Below the pieces are notes generated by a model, which did not search any database, was not told the origin of the DNA, and was given only the letters and a program-made list of their open reading frames with translations. A program made the translations under genes and the position numbers. Below, piece after piece: positions 1 through 8,812 of a stretch of 29,451 nucleotides of DNA. Every line of letters begins with the position of its first letter. The stretch's first letter is position 1. Source of the stretch: an uncultured Bacilli bacterium (GTDB taxonomy: Bacteria; Bacillota_I; Bacilli_A; RF39; UBA660); NCBI GenBank assembly GCA_944351345.1, contig CALVPO010000001.1, positions 1 through 29,451 of the forward strand, written 5' to 3'.

Positions 1-438
1 TATTATTATCATTATAGCTGTATTTATTAAATAATAAATATACTTAATAATATTTAATTTAGGGTTACATTTTTTTGCATATTTATATACTTTTTTTAAT
101 GATACATGGTTATTTTCTATGAAATTTATAAATTCATATTTATATCCTAAATCTTTTAAAATTTGTTCTTGTAATTCAGCATAATAACCATATCTACATC
201 CTCCTCCTGCTTGAAAGATTACATTAGCACCTAAATTTAGGGATTCTATAAAATTTCCTAAATTATATTTAAAAGGAACACATACATAGTCTGGAGAGTA
301 TTTTGATCCTAGTTCTATTGTTTTCTTTGTTATTTTTGGAGGTACTATTACTTGTTTTTTAGTTATTTTTTTTATTAGATAACTAATTGGAATATAATAA
401 TTACCCATATGAGGAAAAGTTATCTTTTTATCAGACAT
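1..438 (-). CDS. 2-hydroxyacyl-CoA dehydratase-related protein (COG3581-like), partial; runs off the window start
   Basis: Not in the ORF track. Hand-translated from ATG at 438, open to position 1: MSDKKITFPHMGNYYIP...PPKITKKTIELGSKYSPDYVCVPFKYNLGNFIESLNLGA...QAGGGCRYGYYAELQ. Overlaps the upstream TGA (ATGTCTGA) and has an AAGGAG SD. Confidence 0.7.
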   Translation of the reverse strand, partial: MSDKKITFPHMGNYYIPISYLIKKITKKQVIVPPKITKKTIELGSKYSPDYVCVPFKYNLGNFIESLNLGANVIFQAGGGCRYGYYAELQEQILKDLGYKYEFINFIENNHVSLKKVYKYAKKCNPKLNIIKYIYYLINTAIMIII

Positions 439-1345
439 TATTACACTCTCCTTTAATTATATCAATAAAGCTTTCAATTCTTGTTTCTATACCTGTTTCA
501 TTAGTTAATTCATCTATTATAAGATTTAGGGTAGGGATAGTTACTTTTCTTATTAATAACTCATTTACTAAAGAATCAGGTCCACATGGAAAAGAGGTTA
601 TAAAAATAATTCCATCTATATATTTTTTGTAATATTCTATGGATCCTATTATTTCTTTCGAATATGTCCAATATAAGGTAGGGGATAAACTTTTGGCATA
701 TTTTTTTGATAGTTTTTTATCTATATTATCCGAATATAATATTTCTATATTAAATTTTTTTAGTAAGTTTATAATTGGTGTACCTATATAATTATCATAT
801 GTATTATATGGATGGGATACTAATAATATTTTTTTCTTTTTGCTTTTTAACTTTAATTTTTGCTCTTTTATTTTATATTTTTCATATTGTTTTTCTTTTA
901 TTTTAGCTTTTATGTAACTTATTACTACTTTTATGGGATTATTTTTTAATTTTATCCCAAGTTTAATTAAAGATATAAATTCTGGTGAATGTTTAGTTGT
1001 TTCTAAGTTATATTCTAATATATTTATATCTTTAAATAAATTTTTTACAGTATCATATGTTGCATTAAATCTAACGCAAACTTTTTCTCCTTTTCCATAA
1101 TCACATACTCTAGGTATAAGAATATAATCACATTTATTTTTTAAGTTATAGACATGACCTAAAAATATTTTTGATGATAAACATGATTCATCTATTGAAA
1201 AAATTTTACCATTTTCTATTGTTTCTTTGGTGGTTATATCACTAACTATTATCTTATATCCTAGTGTATTAAAAAAATTCTCCCATAATATTTTATAACG
1301 ATAGTAGAGAAATGCTCTGGGTATTCCTATTGTTTTATTTTTCAT
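431..1345 (-). CDS. Acyl-CoA dehydratase activase-related protein (DUF2229/COG3580-like)
   Basis: Motifs IGIPRAFLYY, DESCLSSKIFLGHV, LVSHPYN and FPCGPDS...IDELTNETGIETRIESFID are typical of this family. Confidence 0.75.
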   Translation of the reverse strand: MKNKTIGIPRAFLYYRYKILWENFFNTLGYKIIVSDITTKETIENGKIFSIDESCLSSKIFLGHVYNLKNKCDYILIPRVCDYGKGEKVCVRFNATYDTVKNLFKDINILEYNLETTKHSPEFISLIKLGIKLKNNPIKVVISYIKAKIKEKQYEKYKIKEQKLKLKSKKKKILLVSHPYNTYDNYIGTPIINLLKKFNIEILYSDNIDKKLSKKYAKSLSPTLYWTYSKEIIGSIEYYKKYIDGIIFITSFPCGPDSLVNELLIRKVTIPTLNLIIDELTNETGIETRIESFIDIIKGECNNV

Positions 1346-1388
1346 ATGCTCTCCTTTTCAAATTAAATATATGAAAAAAAGAAGAACT

Positions 1389-1841
1389 TTATTCTTCTAA
1401 TTCATCATCATCAATAATTGTTAAATCAGCTAACTCATCATCACTATCATCGTCTATAAATGAATCTGTATCTTCTATACTATCTAGATCGTCTTCTTCT
1501 TCAATATTATCACTTATTAAGTCGTTATCTTTATCATTTTCTATATCATCTATGTTATTTTCATCATCTATATCATCTATTACTACTTTTACCTTATGAT
1601 TTTCTCTTAAGTCCCAAGTTCCATCTTCTAATAAGATAAATTCTTTTGATGTTGTTAATGATTGAAAAAAGTCAGCGATTAGATTTACATAATCATTTTC
1701 ATCTAATTCTAATAATGAACATACTTCTTTGAATAAATCAGCCGTATTCATAGTTTTTTTTGTCTCTTCTAAGTACATTTTGGCTATTTCTGTATAAGGT
1801 AATAGCTCTAATTCACTTTTTGGTATTTTATTTAATTTCAT
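1389..1841 (-). CDS. rpoE: RNA polymerase delta subunit
   Basis: N-terminal domain ending F..LEDGTWDLRENH, followed by a long D/E-rich tail; AGGAGG SD; sits downstream of an argS-like gene as in Bacilli. Confidence 0.9.
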   Translation of the reverse strand: MKLNKIPKSELELLPYTEIAKMYLEETKKTMNTADLFKEVCSLLELDENDYVNLIADFFQSLTTSKEFILLEDGTWDLRENHKVKVVIDDIDDENNIDDIENDKDNDLISDNIEEEDDLDSIEDTDSFIDDDSDDELADLTIIDDDELEE

Positions 1842-1850
1842 GATATCCTC

Positions 1851-3326
1851 CTACATTTCCTCTCTTGGTATTATACCAATTAAATCTAAAGAATTATTAA
1901 TTACTATCTTAATTGCTAATATTAAGTTTAATCTTTCATTGCTATATATTTCATTTTTTATTGTTATAAATTCCTTCTCATAGAAAGAATTAAATAATTT
2001 GCTTAATTCATATGCATAAGTTGTAATTAAATAAGGTTCTTCTTTTTCGCTTGCTGTTATTACAATATCTTCAAATTGATATAATTTCTTTAAAATAGTA
2101 TATGTTATTTCACTTTTTATGGTAGTAAATTTGTCTATTCTTTTTATATTTTTTTTATATTTTTCTAAGATATTACAAATTTTTGCGTTTGTTGATTCGA
2201 TATAATATATAGAATTTTTATTAGATTTTTCTAAGTGCTTATTTATATCTATTTCTAATGTTTCAGTAATTTTTTTTGAAGCAAATAGATATCTTGTAGC
2301 ATTTATTCCTATGATATTCATTATTTCAATATGAGATATATCTTTATTGTCGTTGTTAATTAATTTGGCCATTTCTAAGTTTTTTATGTCTAAAATACTG
2401 GATTTTTTTTCTAGAATGGCTAAGGCTGCTTTTAGACTATTATTTGATGATTTTTTTTGTTGTGGTAATACGTCTATTACTTTGATATAGCCTTTATTTA
2501 TTTTTGTTACATTATATGTAATATCAGATATTAGATCAGTATACTCTCCATTATTTGTTATTAATAATCTATCTTTAGAATCACCAAATATTGAGGTTTT
2601 AAGCCATAATGAGTTTTCATCTATATAACAATAATTAGTATACCTTAGCTTTGTTAATACTTCATCTACTAAGCAATTATCATATAAAGATTGTCTAGTA
2701 GTAAATATATTAAAATTTATTCTAAAAATATCTAAATCATTTTTTATATTTGAAATATTGTCTGGTATTAGTTTATTTATTTTATAAAGCTCATATATAT
2801 TATTTTTATCTTGGTAATTATCTTTACTTTTTTCACTATCACAGATATAATATTCTCTTGTTATATCATAACCACAAAAATTCATTATTCTACAAAGATT
2901 ATCCCCATATATGACTTCTCTTAACTTATTTACATCTAATGTATTATCTTGATCAGTTGTTGTAAAATCAATATTAATTTTTTGATTATGACCTGTATTA
3001 TTTCTGCCATAATTATTTTTTTTCTCTAATATATTATTAATATTTGATAGTAAATATTCTTTTTTTAGAGAAAAAGTTATAAAACCTTGATCTATTATTT
3101 CTATTTTTTCTATTAATTTTTCATTTTTTATATTTTTTATAATTAATTTAGCTGTTTCCAATGGGGATTTTTTTAGTTTTTCTGTTAATACTATTGGTAT
3201 ATTAATATAGTAATCTCCGTATTCATTATTGTTTGTTAATTCTATATTTATTTCTTTTATATCTATTTCACATATATCTTTTAAGCTATTTTTTATAGTT
3301 TCTTTTAGAGTATTTTTTATACTCAT
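1851..3326 (-). CDS. Arginyl-tRNA synthetase-like protein with degenerate catalytic motifs
   Basis: Aligns by eye along ArgRS (YGDY, GFITF, YGDNLCRIMNFCGYDITREYY, NATRYLF, EPYLITTYAYELSKLFNSFY, C-terminal IPREEM), but the HIGH, GADHHGY and MSKR motifs are replaced. Confidence 0.85.
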   Translation of the reverse strand: MSIKNTLKETIKNSLKDICEIDIKEINIELTNNNEYGDYYINIPIVLTEKLKKSPLETAKLIIKNIKNEKLIEKIEIIDQGFITFSLKKEYLLSNINNILEKKNNYGRNNTGHNQKINIDFTTTDQDNTLDVNKLREVIYGDNLCRIMNFCGYDITREYYICDSEKSKDNYQDKNNIYELYKINKLIPDNISNIKNDLDIFRINFNIFTTRQSLYDNCLVDEVLTKLRYTNYCYIDENSLWLKTSIFGDSKDRLLITNNGEYTDLISDITYNVTKINKGYIKVIDVLPQQKKSSNNSLKAALAILEKKSSILDIKNLEMAKLINNDNKDISHIEIMNIIGINATRYLFASKKITETLEIDINKHLEKSNKNSIYYIESTNAKICNILEKYKKNIKRIDKFTTIKSEITYTILKKLYQFEDIVITASEKEEPYLITTYAYELSKLFNSFYEKEFITIKNEIYSNERLNLILAIKIVINNSLDLIGIIPREEM

Positions 3327-3328
3327 TA

Positions 3329-3694
3329 TTATTCACTCCTAACTATACAGTACTCATATTTGTTGTTAGAGTCATTTACTAAATAAATTATTCTAATTTC
3401 TTTATCAGTTACTTTTATATATAGTGTAGTTATATCTAGCTCTATAGTGTAATTAAACTCTTTTATATTATAAGTTGAAGAAATAGTTTTATTCTTCTCA
3501 AAATATATGGTATTAATTATTTCTTTATTTTCTCTTATTAAAACTAATTTAGTTGGAGAAATTATTTTTAGTATATATTTTTCGTTATTTTGTATATAAG
3601 TTATTTTATTATTGTTTTTTATAGCTTTTGTAAGGATACTATTAATATTATTTTCAGTAATATTTTTTAGGTAGCCTTTTAATTTTAATTTCGT
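3329..3694 (-). CDS. YwiB/DUF1934-like beta-rich protein with apparent ACG start
   Basis: 121 open codons (xKLKLKGYLKNITE...YEYCIVRSE*), AGGAGG 7 nt before ACG, in-frame TAG just upstream, stop 2 nt before the argS-like ATG. Family assignment rests on position (ywiB-argS in B. subtilis), size and composition. Confidence 0.65.
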   Translation of the reverse strand, partial: TKLKLKGYLKNITENNINSILTKAIKNNNKITYIQNNEKYILKIISPTKLVLIRENKEIINTIYFEKNKTISSTYNIKEFNYTIELDITTLYIKVTDKEIRIIYLVNDSNNKYEYCIVRSE

Positions 3695-3830
3695 AAAAAT
3701 TCCTCCTAACTAATTAATTCAGTAGACATTATATCATAAGTTTTTAAAAAATAAAACTTATATTTATACTTTTTTTACTAATAATATAAATAAGAGTTAA
3801 AAATGCTTATTTTTCTTAGGAGGAGAAATT

Positions 3831-5798
3831 ATGAAATGGGTTAAAACTTTTTTAAAAATATTGAGTGGAGTTTTTTTGTTATTTTTAATATTTAATATAG
3901 TTTTTTATGCTTATTGTTTTATTACTCCTAAAATTTCTATTAATGAAAATCAGGCTTATTATTTGTATGATAGTGAAAATAAACTTATTTTTGATGAAAA
4001 TGAGGATTGGATAAAGTTAGAAAATATTAGTCCACATTTAGTTAATGCTACTATTTATACTGAAGATAAGCTTTTTTATAAACATTTAGGATTTGATTAT
4101 TTTAGAATATTAAAAGCTATTTTAAATAATATAAAAAGTATGTCATTATCTGAGGGAGCTTCTACTATTACGCAGCAGTATGCTAGAAATTTATTTTTAA
4201 GTTATGACAAAAATTGGGGAAGAAAGATTGATGAGGCTATACTAGCTGCAGAGTTAGAAACACATTATAGTAAAGATGAAATTTTGGAAGGTTACTTAAA
4301 CACTATTAATTATGGTGGAGTTTATGGGATAGAAAATGCTAGTTGGTATTATTTTGGTCATGGTGCTGATAGTTTAGACTTAGCTGAGGCTTCTATGCTT
4401 GCTGGTATTCCTCAATCTCCTTCTAATTATTCTCCGTTAGTAAATGAAGAACTTGCTAAAAAAAGACAAAAAACTGTTTTAAACTCTATGTATAAGAATG
4501 GAATTATTAATCATGAAGAGCTTATGTGGGCATATAATAAAAAGCTAAATTATTTAGGAAAGATGAAGCAAAGTAAATTGGAGAATGTTTTATATTTTAG
4601 AGATGCTGTTTTAGAAGAGCTAAATTATATTGATACAATTCCTAAATCATTAATTGAAACTGGTGGTCTTAAAATATATACTACATTAGATTCTAAAGCA
4701 CAAGAAGATTTAGAGAGTGCCATTAAAAATAATATGAATAAAGATAGTAAAATGCAAGTTGCTGGCATGATGATGAATCCTAAGACTGGAGGAGTTATGG
4801 CAATGATTGGTGGTACTGATTATTCAAATAGTCAGTTTAATAGGGCAATGAAATCAAAAAGACAAGTTGGCTCTATTATGAAACCTATACTTTATTATGC
4901 AGCTTTAAAAAATGGTTTTACTTCTGCTTCTACTTTTACTAGTGAAAAAACTACTTTTAATTTTTCTAATAATCAGACTTATATGCCCAGTAATTATAAT
5001 GATGTTTATGCTAATGGGCCTATTACAATGGGAGCGGCTATATCTTATTCTGATAATATATATGCTGTTAAGACTAATCTTTTTATGGGTGAAAATAATT
5101 TAGTTAATATGAGTGAGAGGCTTGGAATTAGAAGTAAATTAGATGCTGTTCCTTCTCTTGCACTTGGTACTAGTGAGATTAGTATGATGGAGATGGTTTC
5201 TGCGTATGGAATAATTGCAAATGGTGGTAATAGTATTAGAAGTCATTTTATTGAAAAAGTTGAAGATAAGGATGGTAATGTTTTGTATCAATATAGGTAT
5301 GATAGTGAGAATATTTTAGATTCAAGTTTGACTTATATTATTAGTGAAATGCTAACTTATACTTATGATAAGAGTTTTATTGATTATAATTATCCAACTT
5401 TAATTAGTTTACTTCCTAAAATTACAAATAAATATGCTATTAAAAGTGGTACTACTGATACTGATATGTGGATTATTGGATATAATAAAAATGCTGTCCT
5501 TTCTCTATGGAATGGATATGATGATAATAAAGCTATTGAAAATGGAGAAGGGGGATATCATAAAGATATTTGGATTGATACTATGGAGTCATACTTAAAA
5601 GATAATGATAATAGTTGGTATGATATGCCTGATGACGTTGTTGGAGTAATGGTAAATCCTATTAACGGTAAACTTGCTAAAGAAGGTGATAAATTATCTA
5701 AAATATTTTATTTTTTGAAAGGAACTGAACCTACGTTTAATAATAATGATTTAGAGAGTGTTTTTAAGGAAAATAATGAAAAAAAATATACAACTTAA
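3831..5798 (+). CDS. Class A bifunctional penicillin-binding protein (transglycosylase + transpeptidase), PbpG/PBP1A-like
   Basis: N-terminal TM segment; TG motifs EDKLFYKHLGFD, GASTITQQ, RKIDE; TP motifs SIMK, SDN, KSG. Confidence 0.92.
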   Translation: MKWVKTFLKILSGVFLLFLIFNIVFYAYCFITPKISINENQAYYLYDSENKLIFDENEDWIKLENISPHLVNATIYTEDKLFYKHLGFDYFRILKAILNNIKSMSLSEGASTITQQYARNLFLSYDKNWGRKIDEAILAAELETHYSKDEILEGYLNTINYGGVYGIENASWYYFGHGADSLDLAEASMLAGIPQSPSNYSPLVNEELAKKRQKTVLNSMYKNGIINHEELMWAYNKKLNYLGKMKQSKLENVLYFRDAVLEELNYIDTIPKSLIETGGLKIYTTLDSKAQEDLESAIKNNMNKDSKMQVAGMMMNPKTGGVMAMIGGTDYSNSQFNRAMKSKRQVGSIMKPILYYAALKNGFTSASTFTSEKTTFNFSNNQTYMPSNYNDVYANGPITMGAAISYSDNIYAVKTNLFMGENNLVNMSERLGIRSKLDAVPSLALGTSEISMMEMVSAYGIIANGGNSIRSHFIEKVEDKDGNVLYQYRYDSENILDSSLTYIISEMLTYTYDKSFIDYNYPTLISLLPKITNKYAIKSGTTDTDMWIIGYNKNAVLSLWNGYDDNKAIENGEGGYHKDIWIDTMESYLKDNDNSWYDMPDDVVGVMVNPINGKLAKEGDKLSKIFYFLKGTEPTFNNNDLESVFKENNEKKYTT

Positions 5799-5799
5799 A

Positions 5800-5824
5800 A
5801 GAAGTAGATTATTTTTCTACTTCT
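5800..5824. terminator. Likely bidirectional terminator between the convergent PBP and Noc-like genes
   Basis: AGAAGTAGA-TTATTTT-TCTACTTCT, a 9-bp stem overlapping the minus-strand stop codon. Confidence 0.6.
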
Positions 5825-7299
5825 ATTGTGATTTTATAATTTTCTTGATTGTCATCTTCTGTTATTTCTATGTTATACCCTAGAGCTTCTATATTTATTG
5901 CTAAATCTTTGATCATATTTACTATAGGGATAACATTTTTATGTTCTGTTTCTTGAGATAATGTTGAATCATCTGGTATATTTTCTGAATCTAAATCATC
6001 AGTTGTTTGATCAGTATCTTGTGAATTTTCGATGTTATTTGTATTTAATTCATTTACTTGAGGCTGGTTATTTATATTTTGAGGTTCTATTGGTGGAATG
6101 CTATAATCTGATATTGTGTTGTTGATTTCGTTATAAGTTGGAGTTAGATTATTTGTATTCATTGATTGTACTGATTCTTGTGGTTGTTGATTAATTAGAT
6201 TTGGTTGAATGTTTTGTGGAGATTGAATGTCTAAACTTTGATTTATAAATTGTCCTTGGGGTGTTTGCTGATTTTGTGATGTGTCTAAATTATTAGGGAT
6301 AGGAGACATTTGGTTTAACTTATAATTTATATCTTGCCCCTGATTAATAGATTGACTTGGCATTTCATTTATTGGAGACTGATTATTAAATGATGTTTGT
6401 ACATTGGGCATATTTATTGAAGAGGTTTGTGAATTAATTGGAGTTTGAATATTTTGGGTTAAATTTATTGGCTCTTCGTGTGAAGTATCGGTTAAATCTA
6501 TAAATGATGCTGGGGTAGGGGCTATATTATTATTAGATGGTTGGCTTGTTATATTGTTTGGAATATTTATATTTCCAATCCCTGTATTTAAATTCATATT
6601 TGTTGGTTCATCTTCTAATGATGGGAAAAATCTTCTTCCAAAGGCTGGTTCTGATTGAGACATATTCTGCTCTAGTGTTGATTGTTGTTGATTATTTGTA
6701 TTTATTTGATTATTGTTTACGAATTGATTATTATTCATATTAAATTCATTCCTTTCTTTTTTATCTAGTTCAGATAAATTAATAATATCATTATTGATAA
6801 AATTTGGCATAGAACTAGTTGAAACATCATTTTGGTTATCGAATAGTTTGGGAGGCTCTTTTTTTCGTTCTTCTTTTACTAAATTTAATTTTGCTTCAAT
6901 TCTATCTAAAGGAATTCCTAGATTTATATTTAATTTTTCTTTAGTTATATTTTGATATTCTATTGCTTTTTCGTATAAATAGCCTTCTTCTTTTCCAGTT
7001 AATTCTTTTCTTTGAACATTATCAGATATTATTAGATTTATTGCTTTTGCATCATCTATATCCAGTATTATAACTGGTATTTTTTCTATTCTTAATATTC
7101 TAGCAGCATTATATCTTCTATTTCCCAGAATTATTTCATATTGAATTCCTTTAGGTCTTACTATTAATGGTATAATTATACCATTATTTTTAATGGAATT
7201 AGTAAGATTTTCTAAACTAGTTTTTGTTTCTTCTATGTGTGGTTGAAACTCTCCTGGGATAAGTTCATTTAAGTTGATATACTTAATAGAATTATCCAT
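5809..7299 (-). CDS. ParB/Noc-family protein with long N/Q/P-rich low-complexity insert
   Basis: ParB N-terminal domain (GIIIPLIVRP, LGNRRYNAA, DNVQRKEL), HTH-like segment, ~300 aa low complexity, and C-terminal VNMIKDLAINIEALGY...YKITIEVEK resembling the Noc C-terminal domain; lies at the noc position downstream of rsmG. Confidence 0.8.
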   Translation of the reverse strand: MDNSIKYINLNELIPGEFQPHIEETKTSLENLTNSIKNNGIIIPLIVRPKGIQYEIILGNRRYNAARILRIEKIPVIILDIDDAKAINLIISDNVQRKELTGKEEGYLYEKAIEYQNITKEKLNINLGIPLDRIEAKLNLVKEERKKEPPKLFDNQNDVSTSSMPNFINNDIINLSELDKKERNEFNMNNNQFVNNNQINTNNQQQSTLEQNMSQSEPAFGRRFFPSLEDEPTNMNLNTGIGNINIPNNITSQPSNNNIAPTPASFIDLTDTSHEEPINLTQNIQTPINSQTSSINMPNVQTSFNNQSPINEMPSQSINQGQDINYKLNQMSPIPNNLDTSQNQQTPQGQFINQSLDIQSPQNIQPNLINQQPQESVQSMNTNNLTPTYNEINNTISDYSIPPIEPQNINNQPQVNELNTNNIENSQDTDQTTDDLDSENIPDDSTLSQETEHKNVIPIVNMIKDLAINIEALGYNIEITEDDNQENYKITIEVEK

Positions 7300-7369
7300 A
7301 ACATCCCTCTATTCTTTTTATTATATATATAGAATACACTAAAATTTTGTTTTTTTCAATATAAAAATA

Positions 7370-7395
7370 AAAATTTGTAAACAATTACAAATTTT
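7370..7395 (-). terminator. Hairpin (original rsmG terminator) that was the IS target
   Basis: AAAATTTGTAA-ACAA-TTACAAATTTT, 11-bp stem, followed on the minus strand by T-rich sequence. Removing the IS places it about 12 nt after the rsmG stop. Confidence 0.65.
7382..7395 (+). repeat. IS target-site duplication, left copy
   Basis: CAATTACAAATTTT, identical to 9068-9081. Confidence 0.85.
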
Positions 7396-7541
7396 CTTAA
7401 CTTGCAAAAGTAAATTCCACTCTCTTTTTTATTAACATAGAATTTATTTATACAAATAAAAAAGTGGAATTTAATTCTACAATAGTTTATAATATATAAA
7501 TTGATGATGCTTATTCTTATTTTGAAAAGGAGTTGAGTATT

Positions 7542-8765
7542 ATGAAGAATAAACATTTATCATTTGGCGGAAGATTAGAAATAGAAAGAGGTTTAAAGGA
7601 AAATTTATCCTTTAAACAAATTGCGAAAAATATCGAAAAAGATTGCACTACAGTTTCAAAAGAAATCAGAAACCATATAACTTTTAAAAATTCTGGGGCT
7701 ATTGGTAGACCTTTCTTAGACTGTATTAACAGACATAATTGTGAATTTAAAACTAAGGGTACTAAATGTAATCCTAAAATATGTGAACATTATCAAAAAG
7801 AAATTTGTAAGAATTTATCTAAACCACCATACGTTTGTAATGGTTGTCCAAAAAAAAGCACTTGTACATTAAGTAAACAGATTTATGATTCTACTTATGC
7901 ATTTAAAGAATATAAAGATAATTTAACAGAAGCTAGAACTGGTATTGCATATTCTGAAAAAGAAATTGAAAATTTAAATAACATTTTAATACCTCTTGTA
8001 AAAGAACAAAAACAATCAATACATCACGCAGTTATTAACAAAAAAAATAAAATCATGTGTTCTGAAAAAGAAATTTATAATTTAATTGATTTAGGAGTTC
8101 TAAAAGTCAGAAATATTGATTTAACAAGAAAAGTCAGATATAAAATTACTCCTAAAAATAAAAGTAGTTATAAAATTGATAAAGATTGCTTAAATGGTAG
8201 AAAATATGAGGACTATATTAATTTTATAAAGGAAAATCCAGATATAAATGTAGTAGAAATGGATACTGTAGAAGGTATCAAAGGTGGTAAAGTTTTACTA
8301 ACAATTCATTTTGTAAATTGTTCATTTATGTTTGCTTTTTTAAGAGAACATAATGATGCACAATCTGTAATTGATATTTTTAATTCAATTGAAAATAAAG
8401 TAAAAATAAATACATTTAAAAGATTGTTTCCAGTAATTTTAACTGATAATGGACCTGAATTTTCTAACCCAAAAGAAATAGAATTTAGAAGGAAAAGTGA
8501 TAAACAAAGAACGAAAATCTTTTATTGTGAGCCTGGAAGGCCAGATCAAAAAGGTTCTTGTGAAGTTAATCATGAAATGATTAGAAGAATATTACCTAAA
8601 GGAACATCTTTTGATAATTTAACTCAAGATGATATTAATAAAATGATGTCACATATAAATTCATACAAAAGAAAAAAACTAAATAATTGTTCACCACTAC
8701 AATTATTTAGTGTTATGTATGGCCAAAATATAGCCAAACAATTTGGAATTATTGAAATTAATTAA
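7542..8765 (+). CDS. IS30-family transposase
   Basis: N-terminal HTH (SFKQIAKNIEKDCTTVSKEIRN), DDE triad EMDTVEG / TDNGPEF / QKGSCEVNHEMIRR. ATG 7542 is preferred over the track's TTG 7533 on AGGAG spacing. Confidence 0.92.
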   Translation: MKNKHLSFGGRLEIERGLKENLSFKQIAKNIEKDCTTVSKEIRNHITFKNSGAIGRPFLDCINRHNCEFKTKGTKCNPKICEHYQKEICKNLSKPPYVCNGCPKKSTCTLSKQIYDSTYAFKEYKDNLTEARTGIAYSEKEIENLNNILIPLVKEQKQSIHHAVINKKNKIMCSEKEIYNLIDLGVLKVRNIDLTRKVRYKITPKNKSSYKIDKDCLNGRKYEDYINFIKENPDINVVEMDTVEGIKGGKVLLTIHFVNCSFMFAFLREHNDAQSVIDIFNSIENKVKINTFKRLFPVILTDNGPEFSNPKEIEFRRKSDKQRTKIFYCEPGRPDQKGSCEVNHEMIRRILPKGTSFDNLTQDDINKMMSHINSYKRKKLNNCSPLQLFSVMYGQNIAKQFGIIEIN

Positions 8766-8784
8766 ACATTTCCCGGTTTCTTTA

Positions 8785-8812
8785 CTTCTTTCTTTTTCGT
8801 AAAAGAAAGAAG
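8785..8812. terminator. Hairpin inside the IS downstream of the transposase
   Basis: CTTCTTTCTTTT-TCGT-AAAAGAAAGAAG, perfect 12-bp stem. Confidence 0.5.

Noticed and set aside
387-632. Short ORFs antisense or out of frame to real genes (387, 4912, 6537, 9329, 10950, 11245, 12123, 19766, 23555, 24935)
   Set aside because: Shadow frames over well-supported genes, with no motifs or SD.
7356-7556. 66-aa ORF, and the 76-aa ORF at 8867-9097
   Set aside because: Both cross IS ends and target duplications, so they cannot predate the insertion; no recognisable motifs.
8769-8782. ATTTCCCGG half-match to the Noc binding site
   Set aside because: The second half does not match ATTTCCCGGGAAAT and it lies inside the IS; no full NBS was seen in the window.
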